This document shows, one piece after another, positions 58,443 to 64,000 of a stretch of 64,000 nucleotides of DNA (position 1 is its first letter; the number at the start of each line of letters is the position of its first letter). The notes beneath the pieces are model-generated. The model saw only the letters and a program-made list of their open reading frames with translations, was not told the origin of the DNA and ran no database searches. Position numbers and translations under genes: made by a program. Origin of the DNA: Minisyncoccota bacterium (lineage in GTDB: Bacteria; Patescibacteriota; Minisyncoccia; Phycocordibacterales; Zambryskibacteraceae); the NCBI GenBank assembly GCA_036517475.1, contig DATDVZ010000003.1, forward strand, positions 56 through 64,055, given 5' to 3'.

Positions 58443-59213
58443 TTACAACTTACCACCTACAACTCTTCTTTTTGAAGATAATTTTTTAACTTCTTTTTTT
58501 GCTTTTGGTTCTGAATCTATTGTTGTCGGTTGTATGTTGTCAGTTGTTTGTCCTTTTATTTTCGCCTGCAGAATTCTTATTGACGCTTCTGGGTTTACGA
58601 GAATCAGAAGTTTTTTATTTAATACTGAAACTGGATTTAAATTTCTTGCTTCATCAATTTCTATATTAGGAATATTTCTGAAACTTCTTAACAAGTTTTC
58701 ATTACTTTCACCAAGCGCGATAAGTGCAGCATTATTTTTCCTATTAAGCACCAACTCAATTCCCTCTATCTTTTTGAGCGAGGATAGGATTTCTACGGCC
58801 TTTTTAGTCTTGGGGGATGGAATTTTAAATTCATCAACAAAAAACAACTCTTTATCATAAAATTTACGGGAGAGAACACTAAAGAGCGCCTTGATTCTCA
58901 TTTTTTTATTTACTTTGCGTAAATAATTTTTCTCTTTTCTTGGCCCATGAGCCACACCTCCTCCCACCCAGATAGGGGAGCGGATAGAACCATGGCGCGC
59001 TCTACCTGTGCCTTTCTGACGCCATGGTTTTTTACCTCCACCTCTAACATCAGCACGACTTTTAGTATGAGCGGTTCCGGATCTTCCACTTGAGCGCATT
59101 GATGTTACTACCTGATGCACGAGATCTGCATTCCACCTCAAACCAAAAACTCTTTCAGGAATTTTGATTTTTCCTACTTGCTCTCCTTTTTGGTTGTATA
59201 CAACTGCATCCAT
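58443..59213 (-). CDS. rplD: 50S ribosomal protein L4 with repeat-derived tail
   Basis: KPWRQKGTGRARHGS; start reassigned to ATG 59213 at the element boundary. Confidence 0.95.
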   Translation of the reverse strand: MDAVVYNQKGEQVGKIKIPERVFGLRWNADLVHQVVTSMRSSGRSGTAHTKSRADVRGGGKKPWRQKGTGRARHGSIRSPIWVGGGVAHGPRKEKNYLRKVNKKMRIKALFSVLSRKFYDKELFFVDEFKIPSPKTKKAVEILSSLKKIEGIELVLNRKNNAALIALGESNENLLRSFRNIPNIEIDEARNLNPVSVLNKKLLILVNPEASIRILQAKIKGQTTDNIQPTTIDSEPKAKKEVKKLSSKRRVVGGKL

Positions 59214-59331
59214 CCTATTAGCAGCGGATCGCGGCCCACTTTTTTTCTCGTTTATTGCGGTTGATTTTTTTTCTAATATTTCTTGCATGCTGTTGTTAAT
59301 ACTTTAAGTCATGACCGTAGATTCTAACGGG
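59214..59331 (-). mobile_element. CCCGTTAG...CTAATAGG element at rplD start
   Basis: Flanked by exact ATGGAT direct repeats (59337-59332 and 59213-59208). Confidence 0.8.
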
Positions 59332-59347
59332 ATCCATGTTTTACCTT

Positions 59348-59968
59348 TTAACTTTTATCTTTTATCTCAACTATTGTTCCTCTCCTTCCTGGCACGGCTC
59401 CGGAAATAAAAATCCTGTTGTTTTCCTGATCTACTTGTACGACTCTTAAGTTTTTTGTCGTAATTCGATCGGCACCCATCCTTCCCGCCATTCTCATTCC
59501 CTTGGGAACTCTGGTACGCAAACCGCCGCCGATAGATCCAGGCTCGCGTTCAGAGTGTTTTTGACCATGGCTTCTGGGACCACCTCTGAATCCGTGGCGC
59601 TTAACGACACCCTGAAAACCCTTGCCTTTTGATATGCCGCTTACTTCAACCATATCTCCGGGAGAAAAAATTGACACATCAATCTTGTCTCCCCTTTTCC
59701 AGCCCGAGGCTGGTCCGCCTTGGGCAGAAAATTCCTTAAGAATTTCAAAGTTTCCAAGTTCTTTAGTTTCTCCCCTGACACTTTTTGAAATTCTTTTTTC
59801 TTTTCTTTTACCGAATCCTACCTGAACAGCTTCATAGCCGTCTCTTTCTTTATCCTTAACTCGTATTACTGTGATTGGTTCTGCACAAAGCAAAGTAACG
59901 GCAGTAACCCTTCCGTCTTCACCGAAGATCTGTGTCATTTTTTCTTTTTTTGCGATTAAAAAACGCAT
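59348..59968 (-). CDS. rplC: 50S ribosomal protein L3
   Basis: SKGKGFQGVVKRHGF, MAGRMG; contains a palindromic insert SAQGGPASGW. Confidence 0.96.
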   Translation of the reverse strand: MRFLIAKKEKMTQIFGEDGRVTAVTLLCAEPITVIRVKDKERDGYEAVQVGFGKRKEKRISKSVRGETKELGNFEILKEFSAQGGPASGWKRGDKIDVSIFSPGDMVEVSGISKGKGFQGVVKRHGFRGGPRSHGQKHSEREPGSIGGGLRTRVPKGMRMAGRMGADRITTKNLRVVQVDQENNRIFISGAVPGRRGTIVEIKDKS

Positions 59969-59978
59969 GTTTTTTAAT

Positions 59979-60053
59979 TACTTACAACCTACAACATACA
60001 ACTTGCAACAATTTTGAATTTTAGTTGTTAGTTGTAAGTTGTTAGTTGTTAGT
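59979..60053. repeat. Heptamer-repeat hairpin
   Basis: (TACAACN)n arm facing a (GTTGTTA/GTTGTAA)n arm between rpsJ and rplC. Confidence 0.7.
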
Positions 60054-60479
60054 TTACATCAGCTTCACATCAATACTCACCCCCGATGGCAAATTCAAAT
60101 TTGTCAGAGATTCAATAAGTTTAGGAGTTGGGTTAACTATGTCTATTAGTCTCTTGTGAATCCTCATTTCAAACTGCTCTCGCGCATTTTTGTACACAAA
60201 TGAGGCACGGTTGACTGTGTATTTCTTGATCTCAGTCGGCAAGGGTATCGGTCCTTGAACTTCTGCGTCATATCGCAGAGCCGTATCGATAATCTGTTTC
60301 ACCGAAATATCAAGAATTTTATACTCATAAGCACGAACTCTGATCCTTAATTTTGAAGTTACTTCTTCTTTGGAAACCTTTGTAGGTTTTGGGGTCACAA
60401 CTTTTTTGGCTTTGGTTGCTTTTACCTTTTTCGCTTTTTTAGGAACTGATTCTTCTTTTTTTGTTTTTGCTTTGGGCAT
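60054..60479 (-). CDS. rpsJ: 30S ribosomal protein S10 (Lys-rich N-terminal extension)
   Basis: [22 protein letters not shown]. Confidence 0.96.
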   Translation of the reverse strand: MPKAKTKKEESVPKKAKKVKATKAKKVVTPKPTKVSKEEVTSKLRIRVRAYEYKILDISVKQIIDTALRYDAEVQGPIPLPTEIKKYTVNRASFVYKNAREQFEMRIHKRLIDIVNPTPKLIESLTNLNLPSGVSIDVKLM

Positions 60480-60489
60480 TGTATTTCCA

Positions 60490-60607
60490 ATAACGAGTGA
60501 GAATTAGTTTTGAAGAGCCTTGCGCAGTCCCGCCATAGCGGAACGAGCAGAGAAAATTTTCAGTAGAAAATTATTCGTGCTCTCTCAAAAACAATTCGAA
60601 TGAGTCT
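60490..60607. repeat. Stop-codon-anchored structured element after tuf
   Basis: Homologous to 10504-10621 with different but still complementary stems. Confidence 0.8.
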
Positions 60608-61807
60608 TTATGCAGTGATCTTAGTAACCACTCCTGCCCCGACAGTTTTACCACCCTCACGGATAGCAAATCTCTGCTTTTCTTCAAGAGCAACTGGTGC
60701 AACAAGTTTGACTTTGAAAGTTACTGTATCACCTGGCATTACCATTTCCACTTTTTCAGGAAGAGTAACTTCTCCAGTAACATCGGTTGTTCTAATGTAA
60801 AACTGCGGCTTATATCCTGTAAAGAACGGGGTATGTCTTCCACCTTCCTCTTTTTTGAGAATATAAACCTCTGATTCAAATTCTGTGTGGGGCGTAACTG
60901 ATCCGGGTTTGGAAAGAACCTGTCCGCGGGTAATGTCTTCTTTTTTGAGTCCACGAACAAGAATGCCAGCATTGTCTCCAGCAATTCCAGATTCTAGTGA
61001 TTTATTGAACATCTCAATACCAGTCACAACAGTTTTCGCTGTCGGCTTAAGACCAACCACTTCCACCTCCTCATTGATTTTGACTTGGCCTCTTTCAATT
61101 CTCCCGGTAACAACTGTCCCTCTGCCTTCAATTGAGAAGATATCCTCAACTGGCATGAGAAATGGCTTGTCCACTTCACGCACTGGCATAGGAATGTATG
61201 AATCAAGAGTATTTACTAATTCAAGCACCTTTACCGCCCATTCATCATCAACACTCTTTGATTCAAGTGCCTTTAGCCCAGATCCGCGGATAACCGGAGT
61301 TGCATCGTCAAATCCGTGCTTCTTGAGAAGTTCTTTAACTTCCTCTTCAACCAAGTCTATGAGTTCTTTGTCCTCTACCTGATCGCATTTGTTCAGGAAA
61401 ACAATCATTTTGGGTACTCCTACTTGCTTTGCAAGAAGTACATGCTCTCTGGTTTGAGGCATCACTCCGTCAGTTGCAGCAACTACAAGCACTGCTCCAT
61501 CCATTTGAGCTGCTCCTGTAATCATGTTTTTGATGTAGTCAGCATGACCCGGAGCATCAATGTGAGCGTAGTGGCGATTCGGTGTCCAGTATTCAGAATG
61601 GTGCAAAGCAATAGTAATGCCACGCGCCTTTTCTTCTGGTGCAGAGTCAATCTTATCAACACCCTCAACCCTTGCCCCGTATCCTTTGTCCTTGCTCATA
61701 TCAAGAACGTGAAGAATGGAAGCGGTCAGAGTTGTTTTGCCGTGGTCAACGTGGCCGATTGTACCAACATTGACGTGCGGCTTACTTCTATCAAATGTTT
61801 CTGCCAT
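60608..61807 (-). CDS. tuf: Elongation factor Tu
   Basis: [29 protein letters not shown]; start at ATG 61807. Confidence 0.98.
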   Translation of the reverse strand: MAETFDRSKPHVNVGTIGHVDHGKTTLTASILHVLDMSKDKGYGARVEGVDKIDSAPEEKARGITIALHHSEYWTPNRHYAHIDAPGHADYIKNMITGAAQMDGAVLVVAATDGVMPQTREHVLLAKQVGVPKMIVFLNKCDQVEDKELIDLVEEEVKELLKKHGFDDATPVIRGSGLKALESKSVDDEWAVKVLELVNTLDSYIPMPVREVDKPFLMPVEDIFSIEGRGTVVTGRIERGQVKINEEVEVVGLKPTAKTVVTGIEMFNKSLESGIAGDNAGILVRGLKKEDITRGQVLSKPGSVTPHTEFESEVYILKKEEGGRHTPFFTGYKPQFYIRTTDVTGEVTLPEKVEMVMPGDTVTFKVKLVAPVALEEKQRFAIREGGKTVGAGVVTKITA

Positions 61808-62210
61808 GATAATTATTTGTTTTCTCAATTTACCGCACGAGATTTACCCGTTAAATTTTGCATTGCAAAATTTTTTCGGGGTTTGGTAAATTAAAAAAAC
61901 AAGAAAATTAAGCGAATAAAAAAACCTGCCCTGTTAAAACAAGAACAGGACGCGATACCCTATACCCTATTAGAGAAGAATTCGCGTGGGCATTATAATA
62001 ACAGAGGCTGAATTTATCGTCAATCCAGCAGAAAATTTTATTACAAAAGATTTATCAAAATTGTTAATAAGTTTGTGGATTATATGGGTACATCTTGTGG
62101 AAAATGAAACCGCGTATCCCATAAGGATACGCAGTTAGCCAAGTTGGCCGCCAGAGTGCTCTACCTCTGCAAACGGCCACAGGCACCAAAAAGTGGCGAT
62201 TTGGGCTTTA

Positions 62211-62402
62211 CTACTCCACTTCCGCCTGCCTTAATTCCGAAATCCGGCCCTTCTGACGATGGCCCTGTCTCTCTTTAACATGCCGATGAGAGTGGCCATT
62301 ACCCTTGCCGTTTCTCTTCATGACTTTGAGAATTTCATTTACTCTTTTAAGGGTGTCGGCATGGGATGAAGATCGCGGATTCCGGAAAGCAGGAAAAGTC
62401 AT
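62211..62402 (-). CDS. Small basic hypothetical protein
   Basis: AGGAG SD; TTGACA upstream; leader motif shared with the 56240 gene. Confidence 0.5.
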   Translation of the reverse strand: MTFPAFRNPRSSSHADTLKRVNEILKVMKRNGKGNGHSHRHVKERQGHRQKGRISELRQAEVE

Positions 62403-62597
62403 TACTTTTCTCCTGAAAACGTGAGAGAGGAACTGCCTTTAAATATCTAACCTGATTTGAATTTTTTTGTCAACGCATGAAGATCTTCCTGATATTTTTA
62501 AATCGTAGAAAGTTAGCAGATTGACATTGATAGAGTTGACTTATCTCACTAAAAGACTACGCTAACATTTAGAATTGACCTTAATAAAGGAGAGAAT

Positions 62598-63035
62598 ATG
62601 ACAATGCCAGCTTGGCAGCGGCGGGAGATGGAAAGACAGCATCTCCTTGAGGAAATGAGAACTGAGATGTATCACGCAGATGAGTTAGTTGGAAGAGGAT
62701 TAGACTCAAGAAACTCCTTTCTTTTTGGGCTAGCGAAAATAATTTTGCGACATTTGGATCTCAAAGGACGACCTCCCGATAGAGATCCTACTGCTTCGTC
62801 AAACTATTCTTACTGGCGTGCATTGATTTTTTTTGAGCAAGTTATTTGGAGTAAAATTTTTTGCTTCGGTCGTTCTCAGGAAGAAAAGCTTGCTTTACTC
62901 GCCCAGTTTCTCAAAGATACAGTTATTCCGGCTATAACATTTCCTTTTAGGAGTGAGCTTTCTCGCCAAGAAATGCTCGACCCAAAACGCATCTTACTTG
63001 CCGACCGTATGGACGAAATTACCATACCTGAATGA
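62598..63035 (+). CDS. Hypothetical protein
   Basis: 145 aa; AAAGGAG SD; convergent terminator. Confidence 0.6.
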   Translation: MTMPAWQRREMERQHLLEEMRTEMYHADELVGRGLDSRNSFLFGLAKIILRHLDLKGRPPDRDPTASSNYSYWRALIFFEQVIWSKIFCFGRSQEEKLALLAQFLKDTVIPAITFPFRSELSRQEMLDPKRILLADRMDEITIPE

Positions 63036-63069
63036 AAAAACCCCAAGCATTTCTGCTTGGGGTATTTTT
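63036..63069. terminator. Bidirectional terminator
   Basis: AAAAACCCCAAGCA-TTTC-TGCTTGGGGTATTTTT. Confidence 0.75.
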
Positions 63070-63074
63070 ACACT

Positions 63075-63779
63075 TTAGTTATCAGGATGAGTCTGGCCAT
63101 ACCCGGTTTGGGTAGTCCGGTCATAATCTGCAGCGCTCCGGCTCGCTCCAGCCGCCGTCCTTCCCATCTCGGTCATTGATTTACCAATCTCCGCTCCACC
63201 CTTGAGTACTTTGATCCAATGCTCCGGAATACCCATAGAAGCGAAAACTTGCCAAAAGTTGGTATGTCCATCCGAGACAGCACATCCTCCGACAATGTGG
63301 ACACCTGTCGCAAGCATTTCATCCACCATCGTTTTGACATCTGAAGCAAAAATGCCTCTAGAATCGTTATCGCCGCCATCGGTGAAGATAAGGGTCATGG
63401 TGCGAACAGTATAGCCTTCCGCAGTCAGTCGCTTTGCCTCCTCGATAATATTCACAAGCGCTACAGTACTGCGCAAGTAAAGGGGTGTATCGCCGTGAGG
63501 TCGGTAGTTATCACGAGAAAGGAGCGTAACATCTGCTGGCGGCACAAAACCACCCTCCGAATCCGAATGAAGAAACATGATCTTCGAGCGCACTTGACCA
63601 GGTGCACCGCGAATCTCATTAAGGAAATTGTTATAGCCGTCAATGACGGGTTGAGTGTTTCCTGCCCCTTCAATCGAACTTGAATCGTCAACGAGAAACA
63701 GGAGAAGTAAGACCTCCTTTACTCCGGCAACGAGCTCTCCATCCGGAACCCACTGGGTTAACTCACGCTTTTCATCCAT
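63075..63779 (-). CDS. vWA domain protein
   Basis: MIDAS DxSxS (LVDDSSSI), GDTPLY, IFTDG; AAAGGAG SD. Confidence 0.8.
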   Translation of the reverse strand: MDEKRELTQWVPDGELVAGVKEVLLLLFLVDDSSSIEGAGNTQPVIDGYNNFLNEIRGAPGQVRSKIMFLHSDSEGGFVPPADVTLLSRDNYRPHGDTPLYLRSTVALVNIIEEAKRLTAEGYTVRTMTLIFTDGGDNDSRGIFASDVKTMVDEMLATGVHIVGGCAVSDGHTNFWQVFASMGIPEHWIKVLKGGAEIGKSMTEMGRTAAGASRSAADYDRTTQTGYGQTHPDN

Positions 63780-64000
63780 ATAGGACTCCTTTCAGTAAAT
63801 GTGGTGAGAGACGGTTAGAAATATGTAAGGGCAACTCTATAACCATTAGACACTTTAGTATACTTTTGTCAAGAATAACGTATAGGTTCAATAGCTTGGC
63901 ACCACTTGGTGGAATATCATCAAGTATATGTCATACACAAATAGCAAGAACATGCCGAGAATTAGAAGAGAGGCCGCAAGGCTAATTCATCGAGGTTGGA

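Noticed and set aside
60600-61894. Long antisense ORFs opposite tuf (also opposite ftsH, pilB and gatA)
   Set aside because: Typical antisense open frames of conserved genes.
62051-62104. DnaA-box-like cluster (TGTGGATTA, TGTGGAAAA) as oriC
   Set aside because: Only a few mismatched boxes, no dnaA or dnaN nearby, and similar singletons occur elsewhere.
55602-63779. Prophage explanation for the orphan genes
   Set aside because: No integrase, terminase or structural genes; the orphans are solitary and dispersed.

Overview
This is core chromosome of a low-GC Patescibacteria/CPR (Parcubacteria-like) bacterium using the standard genetic code. CPR signs are the missing rpmD/L30, a tRNA-Ile(UAU), many apparently leaderless genes and a type IV pilus locus with no secretin in the window. 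It holds 5 tRNAs, gatA/gatC, ligA, a ~14 kb type IV pilus/competence cluster, recG, two secreted surface proteins, a ClpP-like protease, ftsH, cspA, tmRNA-smpB, infC-rpmI-rplT, a probable 6S RNA, ndk, map, adk, secY, the spc/S10 clusters and tuf, with solitary orphan genes in between. The most striking unexplained signal is a set of short non-coding palindromic elements, each family sitting at a specific functional landmark. (i) CCCRTTAGA...TCTAAYGGG elements end exactly at start codons, some with an ATGNA duplication, and often carry an internal promoter and mini-ORF. (ii) A covarying multi-stem element is anchored on TAA stop codons. (iii) Some elements have arms copied from the 3' end of the adjacent tRNA. 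(iv) In-frame palindromes sit in cleavable prepilin leaders. (v) Heptamer-repeat hairpins have created near-identical C-terminal tails on L4 and L22. No transposase is in the window; a hairpin-flanked GIY-YIG nuclease beside tRNA-Asp is the only candidate enzyme. All calls come from reading the sequence by eye; no searches or folding programs were run.
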